NCBI GenBank assembly: GCA_040954595.2
Contig: CM082591.2
Coordinates: 5,735,009 to 5,799,008 of the forward strand
Direction of reading: 5' to 3'
Source of the DNA: Balanoglossus misakiensis
Taxonomy: Eukaryota > Animalia > Hemichordata
DNA length: 64,000 bases
Part shown: piece by piece, positions 1-15,293 of the stretch
Layout of the letters: each line of letters opens with the position of its first letter
How positions within the stretch are numbered: the first letter of the stretch is position 1
The notes under the pieces: generated by a model
Database searches by the model: none
What the model was told of the DNA's origin: nothing
What the model saw: only the letters and a program-made list of their open reading frames with translations
Program-made: the position numbers and the translations under genes

Positions 1-1385
1 TTTTCGGTTAGGTTTAATTTGTTTTCTCGACTTTAAACATTGGTCCAGGTCCAGGTCAATGAACGGCGCTCGGGTCGAGTTAAGGACCGTCAGACAATAC
101 AGTAGCACTTTGCAGTCAGGCGAGAGTAAACAATCATCCGCTTAAGTGGCCGAGGACAAACCGCCCTCTGGAGGCCACTGATTGATGGACTGATAGCGAG
201 CATACCTGCCGTGATTGATGCGCATGTCCGTCCCGCCTTTTGTGGGGGGCAGTTTAGGAACTATGCGCCAAAGTAGCAAACAGTGGTTGTGAAAACAGCA
301 ATACTGATATTCTACACCTTTTCTCGTCACCTTCGATTTGACTCGGACAATCCAACCGTTCCCAGAACGGCCTGGTCAGGGTACCTTTCATTCAAAAGAC
401 CCGTCAATCAAATCTGATGTCTATACATTCAAGACGCCAGCGTGACGGAGTTCGCGCATATTTTCGGCCCGCGTAAACATTAACGGTGGTGTAAACATCT
501 GTTGGGAATGTTAACATCTTTAAAATGTTTTACATATTCTAAATTTGTTTACTTAGTTGTAAAATATTTGTTTTGGTGCGGGACGATCAAAGTGGAGTCG
601 ACAACAGGTCATGTCAGAGTATGTGAAGAAATATAGAGTTTTTTTTGTCAAAAATGATGAACGGAATTGGAGATGCGATAATCAGTTTTGTCATTTATGA
701 AATCGCGACTAAGATGCTTGAAGTCTTCTTATTTTAACATCATGGTTTAGCCTAGCATATCCGTGGACTGGTTACGGGAATCACAACACACAATCTGTAT
801 AAGCCCAGGTAAATATTTCGAGTCGTTCTGTCCGATGACGTCATGTGGCCCGGGCCTATTGTCTATCCATGGCCGCCCCTTCAAAGGGACACTCGGCCGT
901 GGTCTTGCTAACAATAGAGGCACATCGCCGGCGATAATGGTGGACCGATTAGTCAACCAGGTCTCACGACTAAATACCAGGGAATAGCTCTTATGGGGAG
1001 AACACAAAATCATTTGCTCGAAAAGTAATTGCATAATGAACCGGAAAGCTAATTGCATCGGGAAACTTGAGAATGAATGAAACACTTTGAGATTGAACGC
1101 GTCATTATTTCTGACCCCTCCGCCCAACCACCCACCCTGTCCGAGCTACCGCGAAAATGACGTAGAGAACATGAGATTTCATGGATTATCGAAGTCCATT
1201 ATGGTAGTAGAATTAAGTTGCCTGCAATTTTGTACTCGGGCAAAAACTATATTTGATATCGGAGAAGTTTCTGATGGAATTTTAGCGCAAGATGTTAACT
1301 GAAGCGTGGGTTTTGGCGTAAACACCTAAACGTTCATATTGTGCTTTGATTCTATATGTTTCAAGGGTGATGTTGACTTTCTGCT

Positions 1386-1494
1386 TATGTTGGCGCTCTT
1401 TTTTTCACGTGTGCCACCCACTGAAAATCAGTGATTGGCTAGATCTCACTGTAAATACGGCTAATTTTCCATCAGTGACCGTGTGTGCCTTTAA
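1386..1494. mobile_element. MITE family A degenerate 3' part
   Basis: gtgtgccacccactgaaaatc.gtgattggctagatctc...gtgaccgtgt..cctttaa. Confidence 0.6.
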
Positions 1495-1789
1495 ATGTTG
1501 TGAATGCTGCGAAGGCCACGCGACCCGTGAACCGTGTAGTTTCAACCGATGCGAGTCTTCGGCCAGTGTATAAACACACATCTGACACCCAAGAATTTGC
1601 GTGCTTCCGTTGCTGGTCATTGTCAACTAACTGCAAGGTGCCATACCTTTCAGTTTACCTGGTACGCCAATTATCCGGTTAGATTTTCTGTTTTTCCCGC
1701 CAGCTTGGAATCTTTCCAATTTGGAGGACTTCTGGAAATGGCGGCGCTTCTATTCAACCCGCTTTTCAATCCAAGAATCGTTTAGTTGT

Positions 1790-2110
1790 AATTTTTCCAT
1801 AGTGAAATACTTCAAGTCTTCTCCCTATCCTTTAAAATCCTCACCATTAAGCCGTATTACTTGTATTTGTATCAGTTTGTCATCTCTAGGCGACGCATAC
1901 CACGATGCGTACTGTTTGTATGGAGGCTGATTTAATCGGTGCGGCACCGTTTTAATACATAGCATGTTCAAAACGCTACATACAGCCACAATCGGGAATC
2001 GATAAGGTGTTCATGTATACAGATCAGTAAGCTTATTTAGATGGACCAATTAAAATTGGAAAATAAAATCATGAAAATAATGCAAAAAAGTGTCAGCTCT
2101 AGAGGCTTTT
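1790..2110 (+). mobile_element. MITE family D copy (5'-truncated)
   Basis: Inverted homolog of 10092-10410. Confidence 0.7.
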
Positions 2111-3566
2111 AGTCATTAAAATGGGAATTCCATCTTCTCCCTCTAATAAGGAATATACCATTCTCTCTTCAAACCCCCTTCACTTCACCAATAGTCTAGG
2201 ATTACACACTGGAGTTTGGAGACCACAGTAGAAATGGACAAGATCTGTTAATACCTGTTAATAAATCAGGAGTCAGTGATTTTCGTCGGAAGAAAAAAAA
2301 CAGTATGATGCGACTTCTGCGTGGGTTTTCTCTCGTCACCTGTTCCATTTCAATAAACACAATTACTGCGCATCATGAGTACACCATAGAGCGAATGCCA
2401 TCAAGCCGACAGCTGACAATACAAAAACCCGATTGGCAACCGTGGCACGGGTATGTGAAACAGCGCCACGGACATATATGTACATGTACACGTGTTTTGT
2501 GCGTCGGGTGATCGGTGCTGTCGTGCCGTGCAGTGTAAGGGTACAAGCGGCTTGCGAGGTTAGGAGGTCCCCCAGACTAGATCTAATCGCCGATAAGTAT
2601 CGATTTAGGGCTGTGCAGTTGTCGGGGTCATAGAGGGAGATATCAGAGGACTTGTATTTCGGGTTCTAACGAACACGGACGTGTTCGGCGTTGTGTGAAG
2701 AGCGGACCGAAACCCGAGTCGTTGGTATGTGCTGTCGACCCCGGGGTGAACAATTTTACACGGTACCTGTGCATTCCGCGGCGCTCTCTCTGCTACCAGC
2801 CGGTCCGACTGCTGCATCGTTGACAGCGCGGTGGGTTTCCAAGCACAGAGACTATTTCGGTTTGATTGCCTCAACGAGGAAGAATACCCCCCATTCATGC
2901 GCACCAGAACAGGTATTTCACTCAATATCCAAGTAACTACAGCAACTGAGAGAGTTCTGCGGGCCGTGTGGGCGGTTGTGCGGTACATGTTTTGCTGGAT
3001 ACACATGTGAGCGCGTGACACAGTTCGGATTTTTGCAAGAGTCGTGACGAATTGTCGCCGCAAACTGTTAGTCGACTCTGGAGATGATTTACTGCCAGTG
3101 ATTACGCGGGTTTCATGTCGTCATCAAAGTTGCGGTGAACTGACCACAACTCTATAGCACACCGCCGGGCGAGTGATATCGCGGGCAGCTACATAAAAGA
3201 CCCGTTCCCTACAACCTCAACATTTGCGGTGGCCCACTGATCTCTATAACGACTCCCAACATGTAAGTATACACACTTTAGTCGAGTATCCGAGAACGGT
3301 ACCCCCTTTTCAAAACAGGACAACACGTACGTACAGTTAACCTTAGCTGAAAGGGTTACCCTTTGTTCGTAGACTTGAAAAATGGAGGTATTGTCTGCCC
3401 CCTCCATTTTTCGAGAGATAATAATTATGGTCACAGTTCCTGGGTTACAGGAGTTTCCAAGTGCCCTATCTCTGTGACAGGACGCGTCCCATGACAGATT
3501 TGGTCAGTAACCCATGGTAACTGTGTGTCGGTTGGATATTCCCTCCCGACTCACTTCGCCGCACGC

Positions 3567-3765
3567 TTAAAGGTATACAGTCACCTCCAATTTACATATA
3601 CGCCTATATATGGCTGAAATAGCGTATTTGAGGGTTCTAAAGAACATATGGTGGCTGTCTCTTTTTTCTTTGCGTGTGCCACCCACTGAAAATCTGTGAT
3701 TGGCTAGATCTAAATTTGCCATGGTAACTACAGCTAATTTTCCATAGGTGATCGTATACCTTTAA
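3567..3765. mobile_element. TTAA-flanked MITE family A (Kolobok-like)
   Basis: TTAA|AGGTATACAGTCACCT...AGGTGATCGTATACCT|TTAA; further copies at 6284, 26722 and about 1386. Confidence 0.85.
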
Positions 3766-6283
3766 CGCGAACGACCCGTCTTCCAAACCCATGATCAGGA
3801 ATAATGTCCATAGCCAAACCGCAACAAAGAACATCATCCGTCAGTATATTTTCTTCCTTCTTCAATTTCATTCGTCGGAATTCTTGCAGTATTTCGACCG
3901 CACAGAAAGTAAAATCCTTCGAGTGAAATATCAAGTACGCGCCTCGTGGACGGATTTTCAGAAAACGGTATTCCTCCAAACCTTCCAAGTTTTTGCTATA
4001 ATAATTCGAGTGCGTGAGGAGTCCGTCAGAGAAAACGGAATATCCACCATCTTGTTTTCATAAAAAATAACTAATTTTTCTTCATAGATTTAAATCATCT
4101 TCCGAGCCATTATTCTTTGTTCTGATATTGTGTTCCTTCAACGAGAACCAACAGACCATTCTTGAGTTCTGTATGCAAGGCCAGGCATCGAGATGGAACA
4201 GATACCTTGTGGTCTGTAGTTGAATATTTGCCGAGAGTAACATACCATTAACAATAAGGTGAACTCGGCTATATTAAGTTTTAATGCCGCGCACAAAAAT
4301 TCAAACAATGATACAGTTGATTTGAACTTTGAAGTTCCGTCGTTGGAATTCATATAACTTGAAACACAGGAATGCTTGTCGCAGCAACGGGTGTTAATGA
4401 CCACTGGGTTTGAGTGACATGTCTCCGGTTGGAGGTGTTGAAAGTTACCCAGTGTTATTCCACCAGTTTCACTGGCGTGGTGTTAATTGTCGACTGCGAT
4501 CATGTGTTGTTAGGCTTCTTTTTAACTCCTTGCACTTTGTTACCGGGTTTCATGGGTTTGGACAACACAACCAGCGACCCAGCTCCCGATAGGTCTGTGT
4601 ATAGGGTGACTCACACGACACCCAAGCGCATACAATACCGGCAACCCTGGAAACCGAAGAAAATCAGGGAGGCTATGGTTTTTATTGACGTCTTTTACAC
4701 CATTTCACTATTCCTTTTTGTGTTCAGCCCGGCCATTGTCCCTTATTACTTAATGTTGACGAGTTCCTCAGAGGGCGAGACCGCAGAACTGACGCCCTCC
4801 ATTGGCCCCCGGGTCTATCTGTATTGTCCGACCTGTGAACCTTCTTGTAGTCGAAATACCACTATACGACACCGGCCGCTTTCACATGGTAAATACCAGC
4901 GAATACTAAGTCGGATTAGGATAAGTTATGTATATGTACACGGTCGGTCGAGCGTAACCGTGCTTACAGGGGACCCATATTTTAAACAAATCGACCGTAA
5001 ATTCGAATACCCGACACCAACACAGCAATCAGATAGAACAACAACTCTATACAGAATATTAAAAATCCTACACCCTTTCCCGAGCCGGCTGATCGGACGT
5101 TTCCTAAAACACGTCATTTTGGCACTATCGATTTTTGTGTTCCTGTCGTTTCAGTGTGACTGGCGTTGACTGCGGGACAAAGGGCGAGTGTAAAATGTCG
5201 CTTGTTTGTTTAAAACATCACAAAGTTTGACCCGAAAGTATTCATGGGCCTCAACGACAAAGTATTGTGACACTAAAACAAACCAGACGCAGACTAGCCA
5301 AGGAGTGTCTGAGTTCTAGTCAAATACCAGAATTTCTTTTTTATATTTCACAATGTTTATATCGGAAGATGTAAATTTTTACATTGATATGTAAAAAATA
5401 CAGATTCAGTATACAAAATACTAAGTATGAGATTCGTCTTCTACAGTGGGTGGCTTTTCTACTTTTAGGTGTGGATTTCTATTCATGTTTTTCGAATATA
5501 TTCTAACGCCTTCAAATTGGCTCAAAATTGATCACTCCATTCCAAAAGTTTACAGATGATTCTATCATATTGTAGGCCTACACTGAAAAAACCTGAATGT
5601 GTTTTACGTTTGATCTCGATAGACTCAGCGGAAATGAAGTTGGCACAATGTGGTTTTCATTTTTTTTCTAAACTCATCCAATCTCGCAGTTGAATTATTT
5701 ATGATGACATAAACACAGAAATGATGCTTTTTGGGGATTAATTACGTATACGTCACTTCCCCCTTCCGGGTAAAGTAACCATTTCAATGTGAACTTCAAG
5801 TTCAGATCCTCAGATATTTTTATTCACGCGATTACATTTATCGGAAGAAGGGTGTGTATACAGTTATATGTAAATACTTGCTCTTCTATATTCAACATGA
5901 CGTATGCTTTTGAGTTATAGTAAACTTTTAACTATACAGGGCATTAAAATGTTTCAAGTGTTTCTATGGCAGCCAAATAGTTAACAGCAATGTGTAAATA
6001 CATACAATATGCGCTATTATATCTGGACAATGGCCGTGACTGTGTACTTCCCGTTTTCAGGTTAACTCCAACTTGACCGCCACTCAACAGGTGTGTGTAC
6101 AAATATAGGTTGGTGGTAGTGTGGGGCAGTATGTACAAATGCGCTGTACATAAACCTTCGTCCAATATACTCCTGTTTTAATATTTCAAGGGGACAAATT
6201 ATAAACAGATCACACTAATTTTGCCCGTTATAGTGACAATATAGTCAAACAGTCGGTGATATGTCCACTTTAGCAATTGCAAC

Positions 6284-6482
6284 TTAAAGGTATACAGTCA
6301 CCTCCAATTTACATATACGCCCATATATGGCTGAACTAGCGTATTTGAGGGTTCTCAAGAACATATGGTGGCGGTCTCTTTTTTCTTTGCGTGTGCCACC
6401 CACTGAAAATCCGTGATTGGCTAGATCTCAGTTTGCCATGGTAACTATTGCTACATTTCCATAGGTGACCGTGTACCTTTAA
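6284..6482. mobile_element. MITE family A copy
   Basis: Same TIRs, TTAA TSD and internal sequence as 3567-3765. Confidence 0.85.
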
Positions 6483-9400
6483 CGCTTTCGGGCGAGGTTT
6501 TGTCGGCTCGCGCTCAACGCACAACCGACCGTTCTAAATTCTCCGTAAATGATCAATTAGTCAATATTTATTTTGTGTTATTGGGTCAGAATTCAATTGT
6601 GGGGTGGACAGTTCTTGTTTGCCCCCGTCACTCACCTGCGCGCATTCCTTAGGTGCCCGCATGTGACAGATGAATTCGGGCTAATTGACGTCATTATCAA
6701 AATAGCGCGGCTCGATCAGTTGAATGAATAGCGAGGAGACTTTTATGAGAACATATAAATAAACAGAATACACTAAACGTCCTTAGGCCACTGTTTGCGA
6801 CACATTACACACTCATGCTAGGAACTCACCATGCAGTAAGACCTTGGACGCCTTCTTAGGAATTAACTGCATGTAAATAGTCAGTTCAAGGTATTCGTTT
6901 CGTGGTATCAGAAATTTGACATTTCTGTGAAGATGAAATTGTAGAATTGCACCGTACATAAAATTGTCCCCAAGCAAATTCCATTACTGTTGTAAAATAT
7001 GCGGGCAGGTTTTACCTTGATCTGACCTGATCCAACCGTAACAGACCAAGCGACAACAATATCTATGGCGTATACTGTTCAATTGCGTGCTTTCTTGCCC
7101 AGAGGTAGACTAGCCCACTAGTCGCTTGGTGATTTTTAAATCTCAATACTTTATGTGTTTTCGGTGTTTTTTTTGTCTTAATAAATAATTGCAATACTTT
7201 TTGCGTGCATGCTTGCCTTGAGCGTGTTTTTGCTAGTGAGGCGAGTTTCGAATTTGGGACTGAGCTTGTGGTTTCGGGTAGCGTCGACCAAGCCGACACG
7301 TTCCCTACACAGCCCATAGACTTGGAGCAAGTCTAGCCCAGAGGCGCTTATGCTATGGATGTCCAACTCATTTGTGAGTTCTCCGACTCTTGGACACAGT
7401 CACCTTGTGCGCAGCACTGTGAATACTATCTCATAGTCCTCGCGCAAGGTGACACAAATACAATATTCTACGCGTAATCAACTGTCGGACGGTGAGATAG
7501 CAGACGCGTTACAGTCAGTAATTGCGCAAGCGCGGCCTTCGCGTCTCGACCTATCTGCCAGGCAAATCTCGTTGGCGTTCACGCTCTCCGCTTACGTAAC
7601 ACGTCAACAGGTACTATGTACATGTACATGTAGTCGAATGGTATAAGCATGGACATTCTCGAGTCCGTGATATATTAAGTATGGACATTACGGTACATTG
7701 TGTAAAGAAAGGATGGCAGTCCGCGTTCATCCCCAATTGAAATTAGTGGTTGTCCTTCAAGTTGTCCCTAAATTAAGTTTTCCAATGCATATCTCGTCGA
7801 CATTGGTTAAGCTGGTAATTGGCCCTCGTGGCCAGACGTCTATTCGATAAGGTGGTACAAATTATGATAAGGTTATTTACTTGTGTGTTTTTCTTCGGTC
7901 CACTATCTTGGCGTACGCGATATCGTGCTCGGGTTCACCTCAAGTTGGTTCACCGGGATTTTTTGTGAGTAGTCAAATGACCTCTATTTTCTTTGTTCAA
8001 TTCACCAAGAGCGACTTCTAAAATTCGGAACTAAATATATTCCCACAATTTGTCCACTTGAGATGCGTTTGTGCGTCTCGGGAAAAGCCCGAAGCACCAT
8101 TGTGGTTGGAATGAGGGGCTGTCTGAAATTCATCTAACCCGTGAGAAAGAAGCTATAACAACGCAAATCACCCGTACAGCATTTCCCAATAGCGACATTG
8201 TGGGGGTGTATTACCAACAGTTATGACCCTCAAGTTACAGTCTGCAAGGCATTTCGCACGCATATGCACATCGTATGTGGTTGTAGTGTGAACGACAAAA
8301 TTTTTCCCACGAGAGATTTGGCAAAAATTCTGGCGATTTTGTTAATTTTCATGAATTTCAGAAGTTGTTTTGGTCCAAAGTTAACAAGAATAACACATTT
8401 AGTCCAAATCGAGTGTGATTTTTCCAGAAAAGAATATTTTGAAGGAAAAATCGGAAAAACAAAGAACAAGTGGGTATTGCTTGGAAGAGGTCAACGACCG
8501 CTTCCCAGGCGCTCCACTTTTACAAAAAGTACAACATATCCATTGCGCTTGAAAGTGCCGGACCCCCTTCAGCTGAGTCTCAGTCAGTGAAGTGTCTGTC
8601 GGTCAGTTTGGACGCATGTGTCCTTTCACGGTCGGTTTTAACCAACAAGCTTGAGTTGCTTAGACTTTCAATCGACATCAACCGCAATTTGGCTGGCGGA
8701 ATGGCTAACCACGCCAGTTTCTTTACGAGGTTATTTCTCCGAGTTGTCAACGAGAACCGACCCGGTTACTTTCTGTGGTCAGCGGCATGATTTTGACAGT
8801 GGCATTCTAACAGAACCAAACCATAAGTGGTATTAAAGTTCTCTCAGCTCCCAGGAGATATATCCTGGCCAGAATCTGGGGTGTTTGTCTAGATTATTGA
8901 CTCTCTTCCAAGTCTAGCTCTCTAAAACGCCAGTCGGACGTAAGGGGAACCAGTCTGAGATGTTTGTTTCGGCCACTTCATTTTGATTTATGTTTCAGTT
9001 TACTGCTTTTTCCGTGCTTGAATTGTGCACACACGTCATGAAGTGTCTACTCTGTCTAGATGTGTTTGTTGTAAAATATTACGAGAGCTGTGTCATCATT
9101 CACTTCTCTTTTCTTGTCCAACATTTGTTTTTTCTTAAGTCTAGAGTTTGTTGCCGCCCGACATTACGTGATGGTGGAGATTGTTGTTGTTGTTGTTGTT
9201 ATTGTTGTTGATTCTGACATTCATTCTCCAGATATCAAACCTAAATTTCTCCGTCACGCCCAGGCCTGCTTCATTTGTTGTAAAATTTATATTTAACAAG
9301 CAGAACTCTGTATGATAATTCGGTCAGATTTTAAGTCTGGTGCGAAAACTTTACCTTGTCTTAGAATTGCAGAAAATGGGTACTAGGGCCTACACAAATT

Positions 9401-10091
9401 TTGATCAGTCCGAACGAAGTTAAATTTTTTACCATGGATTATCTTACATGTTGCTCGAGGCGACGGTGCTTTTTGAAGCAGACTCGCCTGCTGAAGGTCG
9501 TTGACTTCACAGAGCGTCGGTGATCGTTTGGTGACGACAGATACAGCAGCCATTGGCAAGTTCGCAACTCCTTGTCCCCGCGATAACACCATCACAGCAT
9601 TGTTTATCCGTTTATCGCTTGTGTTATGAGCCGTGTAACGGAAACGAGGGGCGTGCCAGCCGTTTCAAGTCCATTCCAAATTTGATTATCGGACATAAAC
9701 CGACAGTTCAGAGAATTGATTTTACGGACGCTGACTGACGTCATACGCGAAACTGTCTTATTGGCTTTGTAGGATGGTGGCCATAGGCGAACGCTAAGCC
9801 TCGCCATCGACGCTTGCTTTGCCATTCAAATTAAAACAGGGTGAACAATGTTTGTGCCGCATGGTCACAGTAAGTGACCAATTTCGACACCCAGTCAAGC
9901 CACCCCATGCTCTGACCTCTCAACTCTTGAAGCAGTTGGACACAAACTTCATTTCCGAAGGTATTTCATTCCCAACAAGTGACGATTGAATTTCCATCCG
10001 CGTCTGGAATTCATTAACCCCCCCCCCCCCCGCCTCTACGGGCAAACCTACTTTCAACCTGAACTTGGACCAAATTCGACAGTAATCACGT

Positions 10092-10446
10092 TCAAGCCTC
10101 TAGAACTGCCACTGTTTGCATTCTTTTCATGATTTTATTTCCCAACTTAAATTGGTCCATCTAAAAGAGCTTACTGATAGGTATACATGAACACCTTATC
10201 GATGCCTGATTGTGGCTGTATGTAGCGATTTGAAATCGCTATGTATTAAAACGGTGCCGCACCGATTTAATCAGCCTCCATAAAAAAATACGCAGCTATC
10301 GTGGTATGCGTCGCCAAGAGATGACAAACTGATGCAAATGCAAGTAATATGGCTTGATGGTGAGGATTTTAGAGGATGGGGAATATATTTGAAGTTTTTT
10401 CTTGTGGAAAAAAAATATGTGAAATTGGCAGCTGAAGGCGCTTTAA
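10092..10446 (-). mobile_element. MITE family D (second, oppositely oriented copy at about 1790-2110)
   Basis: Reverse complement aligns over about 300 bp with 1790-2110; degenerate TIRs and TTAA at one end. Confidence 0.7.
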
Positions 10447-11325
10447 ATGAACACTCGTTTTCAGTTAAATAAATAAAACAGAAGGGCGGCAATCCATCAG
10501 CACACGTGACGCGATCAATCAACCTGAGGAGTTTGACCTCTCGTGACCTTGACGACTCTGTCCACGTTGAAAGATGACCAAGTATGAAACGGACGGATTT
10601 AGAAGCGTTCATCTCCAAATGTCAATTCTGTCAAGCTCTCCTTGAGTGAAACAATAGAAGTTGAAAAGAGCATTGCTTTTGACCGGTACGCACGGGGAAA
10701 CACGTAAAATCGGTACGGTGGCCCGGGTGAGATTATCCGCGGGGAAATACACCGTGAAGGATGTAAGACCCACATTGTACGAAAATCCCTGTTCGTTGTA
10801 GCAACGCTGCATTTCTGGGGACGTGTGCTGATTTGTCACTTTGGAAAAGCAAAAAATGAAATAAAAAGAAAATTAACTTGTAAACGGGGAATTTTGGCAA
10901 AATTTATTGAAATAACATGATAGTGACGCAAGAATTTTACCCAGACATAATGAGACACCGTAGACCCCGAATTAAAAGGGTGTCAGGTAGTTTTAAACAC
11001 CCTCGGAACGACAAAGAGATAGATTACATACCGGCGAATAGGGGGGCTTTGGTTCAGCAACTCAGCGTGACCGTACACGTACACTTAACCGTATAGAAAG
11101 TCGACGGAATTTATTGAAGAACGCAGAGGAGGACGTACGGACGTGTATAGTATCAATAGACAGTCCTAACACAAATTTACCTGAGTCAATATTTGTAGAT
11201 GGGCGTTGCTGACTACCATCTGACCGGGTGTTGCTAGCACTCCACTCTCAAAACTGTGATCGGTTGTCAGCTTACGGTCAGGTGGGTCACAATCATATTC
11301 TTCTGTCACTGTTGGTATTTTTGAC

Positions 11326-11681
11326 TTAAAGGGACAAAGTCTCTCTCTCTCGCTGACATTTTTCCGTTAATTTTGTTTGGTATAAGACACTGTTTGTTTT
11401 ATTCTACATGTGGATATATAGTGAATCAATGTTGGACCACGCACAACTTCCATCCCACTTGTAGACACGAGAGTGAAAAACTCGCCACAATGAATAATCG
11501 GTCTCTACCATTTATTCATTTTGGTGAGTTTTCACTCTCATATCCTACAAACAGAATGGAAGTTGTGTGTGGTTGAATGTTCATTCACTATATATCCACA
11601 TTTAGAATGACGTAAACGATGTCTTGTATCAAACATGATTAATGGAAAATGGGCAGCGAGAGAGAGACTTTGTCCCTTTAA
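11326..11681. mobile_element. TTAA-flanked palindromic MITE family B (Kolobok-like)
   Basis: TTAA|AGGGACAAAGTCTCTCTC...GAGAGAGACTTTGTCCCT|TTAA with long inverted arms. Confidence 0.88.
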
Positions 11682-14173
11682 CTGTTGAAATGTGACGGAC
11701 GACGCGTGTGCGTCGTGTTATCATCATGGAGACCTCATTGTGGTCGCCCGTCGGTTCATTCAGGGAGCATCGGCCAAGGTCGACACACGGAACTGTGTCA
11801 CATTTGACCGCAGCTAAGAAATCCACGCCGTTCTTGTCAATCAAATCCAACAAGTTGCCTATCATTCAACAGCGCAACGCAAACTCGGCTTTGCCTCGCA
11901 TTATGTTGACCTCGCAGAAATACAGCAACGTTTAAAGCCGGCGGCGTTTGCTATAATTTTCTCCTATCGCTTCAATATTTCTGTTTAATTTGTGTGTTGG
12001 TTGTAGTATCTTGTGTAAATATATGAAATACTGACTTGGTGACATACACACTTTTTAGCTTATAAAGACAGCTATATTTGTACAACTACAGTATGTTGCC
12101 AACAATAACATTGGCAATTTTAACATGCTATAGGAGGTAGAGAAAGACACTGTGATTGATTCGCAGTTACAGATAATCACTGTTTTCAGTGAAAATTGAC
12201 AGAGTTTGATTTTGGCACTAGGTCATTCACTTAAGCGTCACTGAGGTGAATATCCCATTCCTGAATAACGCACGCATTTTTCGGCGCGTCTGGTTCCGCA
12301 TCGTGGACCGTCACTTTTGCGACTTCAGCCCTGTCGTCCTAGACCTTGACTCGTCGGTCGGTATACGTGGCGCGCATCACGGACAACCGTTTCAGTCCAG
12401 CAGACACCCTCATCTTCGTTTACATCTCCCAAAATAAAACCCGCAAAAGAAAAGAAACAATTCATCTTGTTCAGGGGGTGGACGTGGTCTGTCGCTATTT
12501 TAAACCCCAGGGTTTTAAAGACGTACGTGTTCAAGCGCTACTGAGTTGAGACCTTCGGTTCACCTCAAGCGCTGCGGAGTTCGGAGAAACCTGGCGGCGC
12601 TGAAAGACGCACTGTGTCGGTTCGACCGACGCGAGAAGAAGATAATGTCGACAAACTTTTGAATTGTACATGCATGGCAGCGTTCCAGGTCCTCGTTACG
12701 TGACCCAAATCGCTTCGTAGGCAAGCAGAGAGGATGTCCAGTAATACACTGACAAGCTGGAACATCCGGGCTTCTATGTACTTTTTCAGCGAAGTGGGTT
12801 CCTTTAAACAAATAGGTGGACAGAAACAGACGGAGGAGTCAGAGTGTGCTGTTGACGTTCACACGCTGCATTGACGTCATCTTCTACTCATTATGACAAT
12901 TTTTATGCATGTGTTGGTTTGTCATTGTTGACCACTGAATTCGAGTCCATGCTTTAACGGAATCTGAACCTGGCCGTTTGTTCCGCCTTCCCTAACATTA
13001 CAGGTGTAGAATCAGTGATGACTAGCTCAATGCATAGGTTCAGTGTTTCTGCAATCGAGTCCCAGCTTACTCGGCGGTAGTCTATAGTATCTAACCGTAT
13101 TTTGTCCACTTTAGTTTGGGAAGCAAAGCGGACAAAATACGGCTAGATACCAGACTAACTCGGTGGTACTGTACACATTCTCTTGTGTACACGGCAAAAT
13201 GTCTGGTTTTTCCCATGATTGGTCCACGTGAATTAAAAAACAACAACAGACAAACGGGAAAAAACACGTCTGTGTGTACCAACATGCATCTAGTCTGCAC
13301 TCTTACTCGATTTTGACAAGAGTAGACCAGTGACCATTTACTGACACACGGGGCGCGCTGAATGACTACAGCTTTCTTGGCTCGTATTTGATGTAATTGC
13401 CTCATTTACAGGAAGCCGGACAAGAACTCCGTTTAATAAGCGCCATGTTATCACACAGCTGAAAGGAAGAATGGCTCGGGTTGTTTACCTGTGTTAATTT
13501 ATCAACCGGGAGTGTCCCTTGCTTTCGGTAAACTACTAATAGTGATGTTGTATAGCGATACCGTCTATTACTATTGTGTGGGCAGTTAGATCAACTCCGC
13601 CATTTAATTCTTTGACGCGGTGGTTCAATATCTATTTGTTTACTGGGTTCTATGGTTCCTATGTGTGTTCTCGGTTGTCCGGGGTTACCAGCGCGGTTGA
13701 AGTCACCTGCTTGAGTCAGGAGTTTGCCCGAATCAGCGTCACGAGTTCGTCAGTGTTGTGATGTACTCTTCATTCCATGTTCGCGCAGATAACACGCTAC
13801 ATGTACCTACAGCGAGCCAGAACCTCAGAAAGTTCACAGGCCAATTGGGTCACCCATGGCGCGTATCCAACATCGACAACTTTTCCCGTAAAGAACCACG
13901 TCTCTATTAACTACCCGTCTCTCCTTTTGGAATTTAAGAAAACGTTGCACGCGCAGAACTGTTGTCATAGCGACGAGAACTTAAATTCTCCGCAGTTAAA
14001 CACTGAGATAACCAACTGGAAAAGTTTGGAAAGTTTGAAATACATGTATCTGCAAGTTGCGATGTCCTTTTGTAAGGGGAATTGTAATCCGTAAACTGTA
14101 CATACTTTACGCTTGTTATCCAGGATGGAATGATTATCATCGTGGCCGCAATCACTTGAATCATCTGTCTTGG

Positions 14174-14395
14174 TTAAAGGGTCAAAGTTTCTCTCGCTGC
14201 CGTTTTTCCATCAAATATGTTTGATACAAGACACAATTTATATTATTCTACATGTGGATATATAGTGAATCAACGTTCAACCACACACAACTTCCATCCC
14301 GTTTGTAGGCTATGAGAGTAAAAATCTCGCCCAAAATGAATAAATGGTATTCACCGATTATTAATTTTGGCAGGGTTTTCACTTTGTCCCTTTAA
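14174..14395. mobile_element. MITE family B, internally deleted copy
   Basis: Left arm intact; right end reduced to ctttgtccct|ttaa. Confidence 0.8.
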
Positions 14396-15293
14396 TAGTA
14401 GTTTCTTATGCGGTGCATTGGTTTGCTGTAACCGATGAGTTCTTCCTCGCCCACAATTATGTACTTGCCGGCGTCTCGTTGCCATCGCGAGTTGACAATA
14501 AAAAAATAGCAGCCCTTTTTAGACATCTCAGCGTGGACTAAATTTGCTCGGGTTACAGTGGGAGGCAAATCGATTTTCGGAGGCATTTCGATGACAAACT
14601 GCAAACCACTTGTGTCGTGTTGGCGGCATTGCTAAAGGTGTGGTCGCGGAACACTTTTACTTACATGCCACATTCCGAGCTTTGTTGCAAGACAAAAAAA
14701 AGAGTAGGTGGACAAAGTCACATCAGACCAAAAAAAGTTGTACTTTTCATATTTTAGTCCGAGAGCCGTAGACCAGCCAAGTGGGCCAGACCCATGGGCA
14801 AGTATGTCCTTGGTGGCCGGAGGCTGCATGTGAATTCGATCATAGACCCTTGAGACACACGGGGGATGGGGGTGGTTTGTGACTCGATGCAGGACCGTTA
14901 GGTCTATCTAGATATCAGGGTTGTACTTATTGCAGTAGATAAAAACGTAGGCCTATTTATTCCACGGTTATCTGTGTGCGATTGTGAAGACATTGCGATA
15001 GGAAATGGGCTCGAAATGTTTTGAATCGTAGACTATAGTCTACGTTTGAACTGACATCAAAAGTTCGTTGTCGTTAATGCGCATGCTCAATTCACCAAGT
15101 TTTTGGCTGATTGCCGGACGAGGAAAAGTGAAGATTTATGTCGTTTTTTTCAAGTTGTACGCGAAGACACTGACAAGTCATCAGACTTTAACCCACTTCG
15201 AAGCCTTGGAACACGTCCACTGTTTGCTCTTTTAAGCATTCAAGACCCGGAATCCTCCAAACACTGGAACTGTTGACTTTCTATTTTTAGCCG

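Noticed and set aside
4414-5169. 251-aa ORF and neighbouring coding-looking minus-strand fragments (3734-4404)
   Set aside because: Non-ATG start, no recognisable motif, other frames interrupted by stops; at best an unidentifiable decayed element.
1790-10446. Inverted 300-bp pair as TIRs of one 8.6-kb transposon
   Set aside because: Each copy has its own MITE-like end; better explained as two independent insertions in opposite orientation.
12246-12811. GC-richer segment with several overlapping short ORFs
   Set aside because: No consistent frame, splice pattern or known motif found on either strand.
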